A DNA stretch of 64,000 nt from a virus (lineage: Duplodnaviria; Heunggongvirae; Uroviricota; Caudoviricetes): positions 172,098 through 236,097 of the IMG/VR virus record IMGVR_UViG_3300037400_006466. One strand, given 5' to 3'. Positions 8,331 through 17,442 of the stretch are shown one piece after another. Position 1 is the first letter of the stretch, and each line of letters begins with the position of its first letter. Position numbers and translations under genes: made by a program. The notes below the pieces were generated by a model. That model saw nothing but the letters and a program-made list of their open reading frames with translations. It was not told the DNA's origin and did no database searches.

Positions 8331-8808
8331 TTCTCGCCATGTGTGCCCGCCATTTCTTTACAAGTTCAGGGTTTGCGAACAGGTCTTCTGCCTGTACCTT
8401 GTTGTTGTTCTGGTAGAGTTTGTCAATGATGTTCTTGATTGCGTTTATGACATCTTCTTTCTTTTCAGTGCTCTCTGCACCTTCACCTGATGCACTAGGT
8501 TTCTCTTCCTCTGCCTTGTCACCATCTTCAGGATGAAGACAATCTTCTATCATATTGAGTCCATCTTCTATCTCAATGAGAACATCAGACCTGTCCTTAA
8601 TCTCAAAGACATCCTGACCATAACCGATTATGTCCTCTATCTCTTTGAGGGTATGATACTTGTAATTCTCAAGTATGTTCTTGAGACTCATAAGGTCAGC
8701 TACAGATACCCATCTGTAGGATTCCTTCTGTGGATTGTATGGATTATCAGTACAATGAGTCCACTGTCCTCTTCTTGAGTCCGTTCCATCTTTAATATTA
8801 ATCTGCAT
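8290..8808 (-). CDS. hypothetical acidic protein
   Basis: ORF. The true start may be an internal Met. Confidence 0.5.
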   Translation of the reverse strand: MQINIKDGTDSRRGQWTHCTDNPYNPQKESYRWVSVADLMSLKNILENYKYHTLKEIEDIIGYGQDVFEIKDRSDVLIEIEDGLNMIEDCLHPEDGDKAEEEKPSASGEGAESTEKKEDVINAIKNIIDKLYQNNNKVQAEDLFANPELVKKWRAHMARNVFTYKDEDKDDN

Positions 8809-9003
8809 TACATTCCTCCTCCAACCATCTGTCCAAGTCCTCCACTGTCTTTCTGAAGGATGGACTGGTTTTCATCATGTGTTCATACATCTCTTCGTCT
8901 GTCATTGAGTCTAGTTTCTTGTTAAGTCCGTCTATTCTGTCAATTGTCTCTTGTCTTGTCATACGCAAAGTGTCTCTATATTATTATAATATAGAATATC
9001 CTT

Positions 9004-9549
9004 TTAACTGTGGATTATTGTCCCTTTTTCATCTACTTTCCAGAACTTCTCACCATTGTGCCATTTCTTGTTGTGAAAATCAGCTAGGGCCTCCAACAGA
9101 GGATTCTTCTCACCCTCATGTTTTTCAGCCTCAGCCCATGATTCCCTTTCAGAATCCATGAATTCATCCTCTGTAATGAAATCTGCATAAAATGAATCCT
9201 CATGGTCATGGTCTATGCTGCCTAAAGTGCCTTTCCTGAAACGGTAATTGAAATAAAGACCGTAATCCAAGTCACAATCCTTATCACGGAGTTCCTTAAG
9301 GAAGTCAAGGAGCCTGGGAGTAAGCTTCACAGCCTCATCTTTCCAGTTATCTGGGTTCTTCCTTGTAAGGAGAACGGGAACATCAAAGGTCACAGTATCA
9401 AGGGCCTTGATAAGTTCATTCTCATGGTCACCGAAATATAGAGGAGTCTCATCTATGCATCTGTCAAAGCAGATGATGTCTGCTTCTTCATTCATGAGTT
9501 CCTCTGGGCTTTTTCTCATTTCCTCAATAATCCTGTCAATATCTTCCAT
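9004..9549 (-). CDS. hypothetical protein
   Basis: ORF. Confidence 0.6.
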   Translation of the reverse strand: MEDIDRIIEEMRKSPEELMNEEADIICFDRCIDETPLYFGDHENELIKALDTVTFDVPVLLTRKNPDNWKDEAVKLTPRLLDFLKELRDKDCDLDYGLYFNYRFRKGTLGSIDHDHEDSFYADFITEDEFMDSERESWAEAEKHEGEKNPLLEALADFHNKKWHNGEKFWKVDEKGTIIHS

Positions 9550-9577
9550 ATGAATGCAAAATCAAACCAGTGAGGCC

Positions 9578-9772
9578 TCAAACCTCTACAAGCTCTCTGA
9601 TTCCATAGGTCTCCAAAGACCCGTCGTCCCATCTGACATGAATCTCCAGGAAATATCCATCATAGGACCAACCTATGACAATTCCCTTCATGCCCTCAAC
9701 ATCATCCCTGAGAACTACCCTTGACTTACCAGGTGTGAAATCATAATCCATATATGAGGTCTCCTTTATCAT
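9578..9772 (-). CDS. hypothetical protein
   Basis: ORF. Confidence 0.5.
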   Translation of the reverse strand: MIKETSYMDYDFTPGKSRVVLRDDVEGMKGIVIGWSYDGYFLEIHVRWDDGSLETYGIRELVEV

Positions 9773-10092
9773 ACAGGGAATCCCTTATGCCAAAGCTCAT
9801 TGTCAATGACTGCTGTGATTCCGGAAATCTGTGTCTGGAGTGCCATAATATCCTTGAAGTTGTCCTCTCCGATTTCATCCTGAACGGAGTTCATTCTTCT
9901 GACAACCGCATTTCTGACTGCTCTCAGTTCCTCTTCTGTATTGAGGTCAGCAAGTCCAAGGAGACTTCTGATTTTCTCAAAACTCTCCTGTGAAACTGTG
10001 TATCTTCCAATCTCAACATCCAGGAGCTCCTGAAGAACTGCATCAACTCTGTCATAATCAAAGACAAATCTTCCTTCTCTTGTAATTGCCAT
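9769..10092 (-). CDS. hypothetical protein
   Basis: ORF downstream of a consensus promoter. Confidence 0.55.
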   Translation of the reverse strand: MAITREGRFVFDYDRVDAVLQELLDVEIGRYTVSQESFEKIRSLLGLADLNTEEELRAVRNAVVRRMNSVQDEIGEDNFKDIMALQTQISGITAVIDNELWHKGFPV

Positions 10093-10146
10093 AGGTCTTG
10101 TCTCTCCTTACACTATAAATATACCATAGGGAGATAACTTTGTCAA
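10093..10146 (-). promoter_or_regulatory. sigma-A-like promoter (TTGACA-N17-TATATT) plus GTAAGGAGA
   Basis: Minus-strand read: TTGACAaagttatctccctatggTATATTtatagtGTAAGGAGagac...ATG. Confidence 0.55.
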
Positions 10147-10169
10147 TAGCTAATTCAAGATTTCTTCGG

Positions 10170-10499
10170 CTACTTTTCTTCAACTACAGTAATTTTAATA
10201 TTACTGAAAAACTTATCCCAATCCACCTCACCAGTCTCCTGGTCAGTCGCCTCATTCAAATCTTCAAGGAAATTGCCTATCTTCAACTTGAGCATAAGCT
10301 TAATCATTGGGATTGACATGATATCACCTGAGGGGTCTTCCAATAGGAGACATTCATTTATGAACTTATCAAAGAACTCTGACAACTGGCTGTTGTCCAT
10401 TATCCTTGACAGTGGTTTATAGACCTCTTTCTTTGGAACATAGTACACATGTTCTCCATCATTGGAACATATCTGAACACACTTCATTCTTCCAAACAT
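10170..10499 (-). CDS. hypothetical protein
   Basis: ORF. Confidence 0.55.
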   Translation of the reverse strand: MFGRMKCVQICSNDGEHVYYVPKKEVYKPLSRIMDNSQLSEFFDKFINECLLLEDPSGDIMSIPMIKLMLKLKIGNFLEDLNEATDQETGEVDWDKFFSNIKITVVEEK

Positions 10500-10688
10500 T
10501 TATAGTCTCACTCCTACAATTCCATTGAGTTCTCTTGACCGAATCTGAACTGCATTGCCAAAATGAGGATGATTCATTTCAACCACCTTGTCAATATCAA
10601 ATCCACGGAATGTATCAGCACTCTCAATCTCAATTGGAAGATTAGGGTCATAGTTGTTCAATATATTTTTGAGTTCACCAACTGTCAC
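10500..10688 (-). CDS. small protein of the MTVGEL/KELIE..L..YDP family
   Basis: ORF. The N-terminal pattern is shared with 10701, 14284, 23684 and 27783. Confidence 0.5.
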   Translation of the reverse strand: MTVGELKNILNNYDPNLPIEIESADTFRGFDIDKVVEMNHPHFGNAVQIRSRELNGIVGVRL

Positions 10689-10700
10689 TTATTTGTCTCC

Positions 10701-10901
10701 TTACAGGTCTGCACCCATTCTCTCAGAATCTATGTCAATGACTCCATAGGATATCAGATAGACAATCTTGTTCTTAGAATACCCTGTTCCTTCTGTAATA
10801 CCATTGATGGTATATCCAGAATCAGAAAGAGCTCCTTCTATCTCCACTTCTGAGTCCCAATCATACTTTGACAGAGCTTCTATAAGTTCTCTTATCTTCA
10901 T
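10701..10901 (-). CDS. small protein of the KELIE..L..YD family
   Basis: ORF. Confidence 0.5.
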   Translation of the reverse strand: MKIRELIEALSKYDWDSEVEIEGALSDSGYTINGITEGTGYSKNKIVYLISYGVIDIDSERMGADL

Positions 10902-10913
10902 AATGCTATCTCC

Positions 10914-11159
10914 TCAGTCCACTGTGTCTATGGCGTCTATATAGACTTCTGAGATGCAGGTTCCCTTGGGAGTATAGAAGTTCACGTCACCGCAACCGTA
11001 CTCCTTAATCAGAATGTCCTTGGCGTTTATCTCACCCACTATATAAGATTTCTTGGCCAACCACTCAAAAGCGGCCTTGATGGCGTTCTCTTTGCTGACA
11101 TAAAGGTCCTCAAACAGGGTCTCTCCCCATGAGTCGACTCCCAACTTGTAGATTCTCAT
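10914..11159 (-). CDS. hypothetical protein
   Basis: ORF downstream of a consensus promoter. Confidence 0.55.
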   Translation of the reverse strand: MRIYKLGVDSWGETLFEDLYVSKENAIKAAFEWLAKKSYIVGEINAKDILIKEYGCGDVNFYTPKGTCISEVYIDAIDTVD

Positions 11160-11211
11160 AAGCGATTTCTCCTTACATTGATATATTACATTATATCCGC
11201 ATTTTTGTCAA
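11160..11211 (-). promoter_or_regulatory. sigma-A-like promoter (TTGACA-N17-TAATAT) plus GTAAGGAGA
   Basis: Minus-strand read: TTGACAaaaatgcggatataatgTAATATatcaatGTAAGGAGaaatcgcttATG. Confidence 0.55.
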
Positions 11212-11221
11212 TGGCCATTAT

Positions 11222-11247
11222 AAAAAAATCCGTGGAGACCCACGGAT
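11222..11247 (-). terminator. rho-independent terminator
   Basis: Perfect 8-bp stem atccgtgg / ccacggat with loop agac, followed by a run of 7 T on the minus strand, downstream of 11268..11858. Confidence 0.65.
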
Positions 11248-11267
11248 TCCGTAAATGCACTGAACGG

Positions 11268-11858
11268 TCAGCCTTTCATCCTTTTCTCTAAATCTGCCAG
11301 AAGTCTTCCCATCTCATCATAGCTGTGTAGGATATCATTCCATAGGTCATTCAGGCTTCTCTTTGATTCCTGATTGCTGATTATTCTCTTTCTTCTGGAC
11401 TTCCATTCCTTGAAGTCATTGTATCCTGTTTCATCAGTGATGAACAGATGTTTGAGGTAATAGGTGGCATCGCTGTCCAGCTCTATATGATATTTGTTGT
11501 CTTTTCCGCAATCAAATCCGTCAGACCCCCAGCTGGGAATAATCTCTCTGGCCAGAAAATCCCTGATTCTCTTGATGTCATTGCTTGAGAGGCTTTCACA
11601 ACCGGAATAGACTCTTATCTCAGTATAAGGTCTTATATCATCCTCAATGCTTACATCAAGGGGAAGAGCATGAGCCACAAGTACGGTGAATTCATCATCC
11701 ACATTGTAATACATCAGGTCATCGAAGTACTCAAGATTATCATGCAGGGACTCGTTTATCTCTCTGATAAGAGAAGGCTTGATATCCTTGTTCTGCATAA
11801 GTTCAATGCTGCTCTTGTCATAGATATATAAGGGAACTTTGTATATAAGTTCAATCAT
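11268..11858 (-). CDS. hypothetical protein
   Basis: ORF. Confidence 0.6.
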   Translation of the reverse strand: MIELIYKVPLYIYDKSSIELMQNKDIKPSLIREINESLHDNLEYFDDLMYYNVDDEFTVLVAHALPLDVSIEDDIRPYTEIRVYSGCESLSSNDIKRIRDFLAREIIPSWGSDGFDCGKDNKYHIELDSDATYYLKHLFITDETGYNDFKEWKSRRKRIISNQESKRSLNDLWNDILHSYDEMGRLLADLEKRMKG

Positions 11859-11938
11859 TCTGCTCTCCTATATATAATATAAAGTCGGGCCTTTATATCC
11901 TCTGTCATTCAGGCATCCCATCGCAAAACGGGCAGGAC

Positions 11939-12115
11939 TTAAGCCCACTCATCTTCATGCCTCCAAATAACAAGATAACCCATACTATTCTCATTAATTA
12001 CATTTATGATTTTGTCTGCATTATCCAGCCCTTCAAAGTTGTCATTCCCACCTTCTCTGATGATTTCATTTATATCATTAAGGTCCTTTACATAATTCCA
12101 GTTCAATGAACTCAT
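11939..12115 (-). CDS. small ORF (58 aa) not in the track
   Basis: ATG at 12115 overlapping the stop of 12115..12363 (TAATG); stop at 11939. Confidence 0.35.
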   Translation of the reverse strand: MSSLNWNYVKDLNDINEIIREGGNDNFEGLDNADKIINVINENSMGYLVIWRHEDEWA

Positions 12116-12363
12116 TATTCTCCCTTTCTTCTTCTTTCAAGTTCAGCCTCAAATACATCAATCCAGCTATCAACCGTTTCTGCGTGTCTTCGGTAGAGCA
12201 TCCTTATGGTATTTTTAATGTGGGATGTTGACATATCACTCACCTTGATAGTCTGCCAATTTCTTTGCATCCAAGTTCTGTTCTTCACAAGTTCAAAATC
12301 ATCCCAAATATAAATCGGGTCATCGAACTCTCCACTGATAGCCATGTACTCTGCTTCACTCAT
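12115..12363 (-). CDS. hypothetical protein
   Basis: ORF. Confidence 0.55.
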   Translation of the reverse strand: MSEAEYMAISGEFDDPIYIWDDFELVKNRTWMQRNWQTIKVSDMSTSHIKNTIRMLYRRHAETVDSWIDVFEAELERRRKGE

Positions 12364-12561
12364 TCATTTTTCCTTCTTAATTCCACTTTGAAAGAAATTA
12401 CACTGCTTAATCAAATAGGAGTCAGCATAGAAACATTTATGATAGTTATCACAGGACTTACATATTGAGGAATAGTATTTGATTCCGAAAGCTTCCTCAG
12501 CCTTGTCATTCTTACTATAGCTATCATCTTTTGCCCATCTGTTAGCCTGCTCAAATGTCAT
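12364..12561 (-). CDS. small Cys-rich protein (MTFEQAN...AFGIKY...KCNFF); paralogue of 25446..25661
   Basis: ORF. N-terminus and Cys spacing are shared with the paralogue. Confidence 0.55.
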   Translation of the reverse strand: MTFEQANRWAKDDSYSKNDKAEEAFGIKYYSSICKSCDNYHKCFYADSYLIKQCNFFQSGIKKEK

Positions 12562-12681
12562 TTGAATTCTCCTCTATGCTGAGCTTTGAGATTTTCTCCC
12601 TTATAATCATGTTCGATATGACATCAAGTAATGATATGTCAAGTATAAGCAAAGGAAAATAAAGCAAAAACAGGATTATCA

Positions 12682-12903
12682 TTATATCTGCTCCTCAGCT
12701 TTGGAATCATCCTCTATATTATACACAATCCTGAGGAATTCAGGCTTGGACTTCTCCTTGAGCTCCTCTTTCAACTCTGGAAACTGGTGAGTCCAAATAG
12801 GCCTTCCCAAGAGCTTCTCACAATATGCATGGAAGTCTGAAAACTTCGGACAACAAAGAGTCCCTGTAAATGCTGAAAAAACACAAGCCTCATGTAATGT
12901 CAT
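12682..12903 (-). CDS. hypothetical protein
   Basis: ORF. Confidence 0.5.
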   Translation of the reverse strand: MTLHEACVFSAFTGTLCCPKFSDFHAYCEKLLGRPIWTHQFPELKEELKEKSKPEFLRIVYNIEDDSKAEEQI

Positions 12904-12907
12904 TCAA

Positions 12908-13090
12908 TCACCCCTTAATCTTCGGAATATCTGCCAATACTCCACAAACAATACTTAATACAGACCTATACATATCTGCTTCCTTATCTGATACATCCTT
13001 ATCAAAACTTTTCAGGAATTTGGTCAGTCTTTCAGAAAGCATTTCTCTGAAGGTACTTTCTCTGATAAGATTATCGTATTCATCTGCCAT
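12908..13090 (-). CDS. hypothetical protein
   Basis: ORF. Confidence 0.45.
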   Translation of the reverse strand: MADEYDNLIRESTFREMLSERLTKFLKSFDKDVSDKEADMYRSVLSIVCGVLADIPKIKG

Positions 13091-13098
13091 ATCCTATC

Positions 13099-13962
13099 TT
13101 ACTTGTAATTGTTCATATCCTGCCAATGATATGTCCAGGTATAATAATGGTCTACTCCATCTTTATCAGTATACCAATAATCTCCTTCATCGCAGTCAGG
13201 CTCATCGGTAAACATATCATACTCATAATCGACTTCCTGGGCGGCTTCCTTCTTAAGGACATCAGTTTCATTATACTCATCGCCACCAAGAATCGCAAAG
13301 CTCTTTGGGTTGAACAGGAATTCCTCAAGGAGATGTGTGTCCTCAGAATCAACCATATCTACTATCTTCTTCGCATAGGAACATTCAGTGGAGACTTGGG
13401 CATTCGGCTCAACGAAACCTGTCTCGTAGCTTTCATTCTTTTCCTCATCCCACTTGTCTTCCCATCTGAACTTGATGTTTGGAAGCTCTATATGAATCGC
13501 ATAATTGTACTTCTCACCAAGCTCCGCAATTTTCTTTTTGACGTTCAGCAAGTGCCCGAACAGCTTCTCAAGGTTATGGTCAAACTCATCATAATTGTAA
13601 TTACACTGGTACATTACATATAATGCATAGACATACTTGACCTTATCAGGAACGCTGTCAAGTCTCTGTATATCCCCACGATTATATGATACCTCACCTG
13701 GGTAGTCTATATAAATATGGAATGGCTGGAACGTGATTTCCATGGTCTCAGTGTCCCTGTAAGCTACGCCAGTATACTTCCCAAGATACTTCTTAGCCTC
13801 TTTCTTGAGCTTAAGGATATCCTGTGTCTCAAGGTATCTGAAAACTCTCTTGGTATTGACAAACTGCCTCCTGAGTTCATCACTTGTCGGGATATCTGAT
13901 TTAGCCATGAGAATGAATGAGCTTGAACTTGAGTTGCTTACGAATCCGTTTCTTATCTTCAT
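13099..13962 (-). CDS. member 2 of the MKIRNGFVSNSSSSSF N-terminal-signature family
   Basis: N-terminus MKIRNGFVSNSSSSSFILMAK. Homologous over its full length to 350..1180. Confidence 0.75.
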   Translation of the reverse strand: MKIRNGFVSNSSSSSFILMAKSDIPTSDELRRQFVNTKRVFRYLETQDILKLKKEAKKYLGKYTGVAYRDTETMEITFQPFHIYIDYPGEVSYNRGDIQRLDSVPDKVKYVYALYVMYQCNYNYDEFDHNLEKLFGHLLNVKKKIAELGEKYNYAIHIELPNIKFRWEDKWDEEKNESYETGFVEPNAQVSTECSYAKKIVDMVDSEDTHLLEEFLFNPKSFAILGGDEYNETDVLKKEAAQEVDYEYDMFTDEPDCDEGDYWYTDKDGVDHYYTWTYHWQDMNNYK

Positions 13963-13978
13963 TATGTTTACCCTTCTT

Positions 13979-14287
13979 TTATACTTTATTTCCCTTCACA
14001 ACCCCAGGAGCATTTTCGATTACGGAGAGCTTGACAGCATCATAATCTGTCTGCCACATTCCAGTATCAACACAGGTAATGTTCTGCCACTCCAGAAGTT
14101 TATCTCTGTCAATCAAATCCCCATACTCTGTAGGAAGTGTCTTGAAACCGTCAAGATAATCAATACAATCATCAATAAGCATGGAAAGGGACTCTGATTC
14201 AGGGTCAGCGTATTCCTCAAGAGCCTCTGAGACCAATCTGAGCTTTCTCAGACAATCTTCCATATTAACTGCTTTCTGAATACTCAT
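13979..14287 (-). CDS. hypothetical protein
   Basis: ORF. Confidence 0.55.
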   Translation of the reverse strand: MSIQKAVNMEDCLRKLRLVSEALEEYADPESESLSMLIDDCIDYLDGFKTLPTEYGDLIDRDKLLEWQNITCVDTGMWQTDYDAVKLSVIENAPGVVKGNKV

Positions 14288-14535
14288 TTGGCTTTCTCCT
14301 TTGCATCATCTTTGATTTTGAAGCTAACATAACATGTATCCCCGAGACCTTCATCATCTGTATCATCTTTATCCAAGAGATCTTCTAAAGAAAGAGATAG
14401 AAAGTCTACTTCACATATTGTACTTCTCTTTCTGGATTCATAATATCCGTGATGACATGTCTCTGACTCCATCTCAATCTTTTTACCCTCTTTAGCAGCA
14501 GCTGCTAATTCAAATAATTCACCAACTGTTATCAC
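14284..14535 (-). CDS. small protein (ITVGELFEL N-terminus, GTG start)
   Basis: The ORF's first codon is GTG at 14535..14533. N-terminus resembles the MTVGEL family. Confidence 0.45.
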   Translation of the reverse strand: MITVGELFELAAAAKEGKKIEMESETCHHGYYESRKRSTICEVDFLSLSLEDLLDKDDTDDEGLGDTCYVSFKIKDDAKEKAK

Positions 14536-14767
14536 TTCCTTCTCCCATCAATCGTCCCAAGATGTGAAATGTCGTCTGAAATATCTTAGAGGATAGTCCT
14601 TTCCCACCAACTCATAAAGTCTGCTGTAGAACTTTTTCTCAAGGGCATCAGCATCTTCATCTGAGCCCATGAACATATCTGCAGCATCTACAGCGCTCAT
14701 GTACTTGGTCCCAAAGATCTACAAGCTCTTTACGTTCTGACTTGGTTAAAATCTCAAATCTGTCCAT

Positions 14768-14822
14768 AGAATCATGTCTCCTTACATTATAAGTATATAA
14801 GAAATTCCAGAAAAAGTCAATA
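14768..14822 (-). promoter_or_regulatory. promoter variant (TTGACT ... GTAAGGAGA)
   Basis: A variant -35 TTGACT precedes the frameshifted small gene at 14548..14767. Confidence 0.4.
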
Positions 14823-14885
14823 CACAAAGAGAAAACAATCTGAAAATTTTTCTAACAGTATCAACAAATAACTCACCAACTGTTA

Positions 14886-15200
14886 TCATCCCAGTATTCC
14901 TCTAAGTCCCACAACATAGGGCATTTCTGAATCTTCATCTGTGGTCACCCTCTCATAAGTCTGCTCAAAGATATCAGGCTTACAAGGGTAGAGCTCACCT
15001 TGAACACCCCTGATAACATAATCCCCATCACTCACATGATGGTCACCCTCAAGGGTCTTGATATAGAGATTATTATTCTCCCAATATAAGGTCTTGTCCA
15101 AGGAAGCATCCCTGAGCCACTTGGGAATCTCCTCATCAAAGGCAGTCCCACCCACATACTTAATGGCCTCGATAATGACCGGCTTCTTTCTGTACTTCAT
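14886..15200 (-). CDS. hypothetical protein
   Basis: ORF. Confidence 0.55.
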   Translation of the reverse strand: MKYRKKPVIIEAIKYVGGTAFDEEIPKWLRDASLDKTLYWENNNLYIKTLEGDHHVSDGDYVIRGVQGELYPCKPDIFEQTYERVTTDEDSEMPYVVGLRGILG

Positions 15201-15209
15201 CCTCTTATC

Positions 15210-15476
15210 TCAATCCTTAAGCATATACTTTTCGGGAATTATGACCTCACTAACAGGACAGAATCCAAGGAGCTCTACTTCTCCACCTTCGAACCAGTCA
15301 TATTCCCAAGTCCATATCTCTGAGGCATTACATTCCAGATATACCTTTTCTTCCTGTCCGTCAATCCTGAGAAGAACCATCATGTCAGAATATCCATTAT
15401 CACTGCACCAGTTCTCAACAATTCTCTCTACCATATTGTATGGACTATCACTCTTTTCATACCAGTCAATCTTCAT
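15210..15476 (-). CDS. hypothetical protein
   Basis: ORF. Confidence 0.55.
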   Translation of the reverse strand: MKIDWYEKSDSPYNMVERIVENWCSDNGYSDMMVLLRIDGQEEKVYLECNASEIWTWEYDWFEGGEVELLGFCPVSEVIIPEKYMLKD

Positions 15477-15739
15477 TTCAATACTCCCATCTGATATTTG
15501 ACTCTGAAATCCTGCCCATTTTCTTTCTTTATGTCAGCATACCTCTTTTCCCAACATTCATTAGAACAGAAGTATTCTGCCCATTCTGTATGGATACCAA
15601 GATCACCTACATACATGACCTTTCCACACTCGTCACACTTCCCGAATCTTCTTGGAGTGAAAGTAGGTTCAATCTTTATTCCTCTTTTAAGGCTCATTCC
15701 AAAACCTTTCCTTGTCATAGACATCATCAACAGAATCAT
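15473..15739 (-). CDS. small Zn-ribbon protein (CDECGK...CSNEC)
   Basis: ORF. Confidence 0.55.
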   Translation of the reverse strand: MILLMMSMTRKGFGMSLKRGIKIEPTFTPRRFGKCDECGKVMYVGDLGIHTEWAEYFCSNECWEKRYADIKKENGQDFRVKYQMGVLK

Positions 15740-16001
15740 TCCAAAGGTCTTTCAAGGCTTCCTGATACCTTCTCAATTCTGTTTCAGTAACCATATGTCC
15801 ATATTCATCTTCAAAGATACACTCTCCACTCACCATACCCTTATAATTATATCTGCTACAAATATTTGAGGGAATGGGGGTATTTCTTGACATAAGGTCA
15901 ATCAGCTTGTCAAGTTTCTTCTCAATTCTAAGCAGGACATCAATTTCCCTTTCCCCTGAGACTGGCTTGTAGTCATCGAACAAATGGCTATCATCAATCA
16001 T
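15687..16001 (-). CDS. hypothetical protein
   Basis: ORF with GGGGAAAG before its ATG. Confidence 0.5.
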   Translation of the reverse strand: MIDDSHLFDDYKPVSGEREIDVLLRIEKKLDKLIDLMSRNTPIPSNICSRYNYKGMVSGECIFEDEYGHMVTETELRRYQEALKDLWNDSVDDVYDKERFWNEP

Positions 16002-16011
16002 ATCTTTCCCC

Positions 16012-16092
16012 TCATATCATCGTGTAGGCCATTACATCACACTTTCCGAATCTTCTGCTATTCTTGACCCCAATATGTGACCTTGTGTTCAT
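16012..16092 (-). pseudogene. 26-codon remnant: N-terminus of the 4346..4771 family fused to an RRFGKCD segment like that in 15473..15739
   Basis: Translation MNTRSHIGVKNSRRFGKCDVMAYTMI*. The DNA 16058..16092 closely matches 4741..4771. Confidence 0.4.
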
Positions 16093-16164
16093 ACTCTTAC
16101 TTTCTCCTTTTCAGAGTATTTTTTCAATTCTATTCTCTTTTGCTTTTGATATTTTTTATTTTCT

Positions 16165-16722
16165 CTAAAATGACCTGATAAAGCAGACAGCTGCATCCAT
16201 GCTCTTTATTTCTCTGTACCAGAACTTCTTCTTGCCAATCCAGCACCAGACCAGATTGGAATGATTTCTCTCTGAGGAGCACAGGATGTTTCCCTTATTT
16301 GTCTTCCAGTCCTTTATCAGTCCTGATTTAATCAGCTGGTCAACCTCATCCATGGAGCCTATATACCAGTCATTGCAATCACCTACTGATTTTCTGTTAT
16401 TTTCAGTAAGTTTTCCCCACATACTGTATTGGTCAGATGAATCTGGGGTACTCAAGGCAATTTCAGTATTCTGTCTGCCGGATCCTATTCCTGTATATGC
16501 CGCGCCTATTGCCTTATCAACAAAAGACCAAATAACAGGATAAACGAACTTTGTCTTTGAGTCCACGACATAGTATTTATCCTTAATTCCGTCAAAAGTC
16601 TTCTCATAATAGACAGCATCCTCTATCTTGTCAGTCTCTTTCTTGTCTTTATCATAGAGTCTATACTGACCGTTTGCACTAGGGTCAACATAGAATATTG
16701 TTCCACCTATAGGTTTAAGCAT
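16165..16722 (-). CDS. DUF1566-like protein (Lcl C-terminal / Fibrobacter paralogous domain); paralogue of 22669..23274
   Basis: Contains GIGSG, DWYIGSMDEVDQL and a C-terminal AVCFIRSF. The pattern resembles DUF1566 (...W.LPT..EL..L ... vRcvR). Assigned from memory. Confidence 0.5.
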   Translation of the reverse strand: MLKPIGGTIFYVDPSANGQYRLYDKDKKETDKIEDAVYYEKTFDGIKDKYYVVDSKTKFVYPVIWSFVDKAIGAAYTGIGSGRQNTEIALSTPDSSDQYSMWGKLTENNRKSVGDCNDWYIGSMDEVDQLIKSGLIKDWKTNKGNILCSSERNHSNLVWCWIGKKKFWYREIKSMDAAVCFIRSF

Positions 16723-16733
16723 CTTGGTTCCTC

Positions 16734-17054
16734 TTATGCTCCTCTTTTAAAAACCCTAATAGGCTCTGCTGTCTCTAGGTCAGAAATCCCGTCTTCAGGT
16801 CTATTGAACATGATACAGGCTACAACTGGTATGCCTGAAAAACTATGTTTCTCATTTTCTTCAAAATCAGGTCCAAATCTATATGGGAGTTCCCCTTCAT
16901 TAGCTGTAAGAAGAATTTTGTCTTTCAGCAAGTCACCATTTGGTGATATTTTGGTTAAATCACAGGATACCCAAACACTTTTAGCTTCAGGCCTAATGTC
17001 CTTATTGGCGAAAATAGAATCTTTCTTGCTTTCTACAAATTCCTTAAATGTCAT
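16734..17054 (-). CDS. hypothetical protein
   Basis: ORF. Confidence 0.55.
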   Translation of the reverse strand: MTFKEFVESKKDSIFANKDIRPEAKSVWVSCDLTKISPNGDLLKDKILLTANEGELPYRFGPDFEENEKHSFSGIPVVACIMFNRPEDGISDLETAEPIRVFKRGA

Positions 17055-17063
17055 TTTAAATCC

Positions 17064-17243
17064 TCACTCTGAAAAATACTTTCTAAAAAGAATAAGCAAA
17101 TCCTCGTCCTCTTTGTAAAACAGATCACTTCCGTCAAATCTCTGCATATTACAGAAAAGCTGCCCGAACCTCCAGTCCGGGACCTGCTTCCAGTACATAC
17201 CTAGTCTTTCTAAAAACTTATCGATTCTGTCAGGGTCTCTCAT
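17064..17243 (-). CDS. MRDPDRID...VPDWRFGQ small protein; paralogue of 2729..2914
   Basis: Track ORF 17064..17333 trimmed to the internal ATG at 17243. The upstream part of the track ORF overlaps the membrane-protein paralogue. Confidence 0.5.
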   Translation of the reverse strand: MRDPDRIDKFLERLGMYWKQVPDWRFGQLFCNMQRFDGSDLFYKEDEDLLILFRKYFSE

Positions 17244-17248
17244 GCTAC

Positions 17249-17428
17249 TTATAGTATCCTTATTATAATTATACAGATGATTACAATGATAACAGGAATC
17301 CATAGGGGAGCCGTGACCCACCACCATGACCAATTAATTACATTACAAAGTTTCAGTACCAGAAATACTATGAACAAAATTCCTGAGAATCCAATTCCAC
17401 CACCTGCACCACTGTTTCTGTCAGACAT
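17249..17428 (-). CDS. small membrane protein (59 aa, WSWWWVTAPLW) not in the track; paralogue of 1818..2072
   Basis: Translated by hand as MSDRNSGAGGGIGFSGILFIVFLVLKLCNVINWSWWWVTAPLWIPVIIVIICIIIIRIL. The DNA 17302..17340 matches 1945..1980. Confidence 0.5.
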   Translation of the reverse strand: MSDRNSGAGGGIGFSGILFIVFLVLKLCNVINWSWWWVTAPLWIPVIIVIICIIIIRIL

Positions 17429-17442
17429 CTATAAATACCTCT

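Noticed and set aside
13126-13623. Numerous plus-strand ORFs of 60 to 165 aa across coordinates 1..36496 and 48800..64000. Examples are 320..523, 761..1144, 5143..5535, 13126..13623, 35279..35773, 51620..51910 and 59439..59693.
   Set aside because: They lie antisense to long minus-strand genes that have clear domains, SDs and coupled starts. Their translations are low-complexity. They are shadow ORFs, expected in AT-rich sequence.
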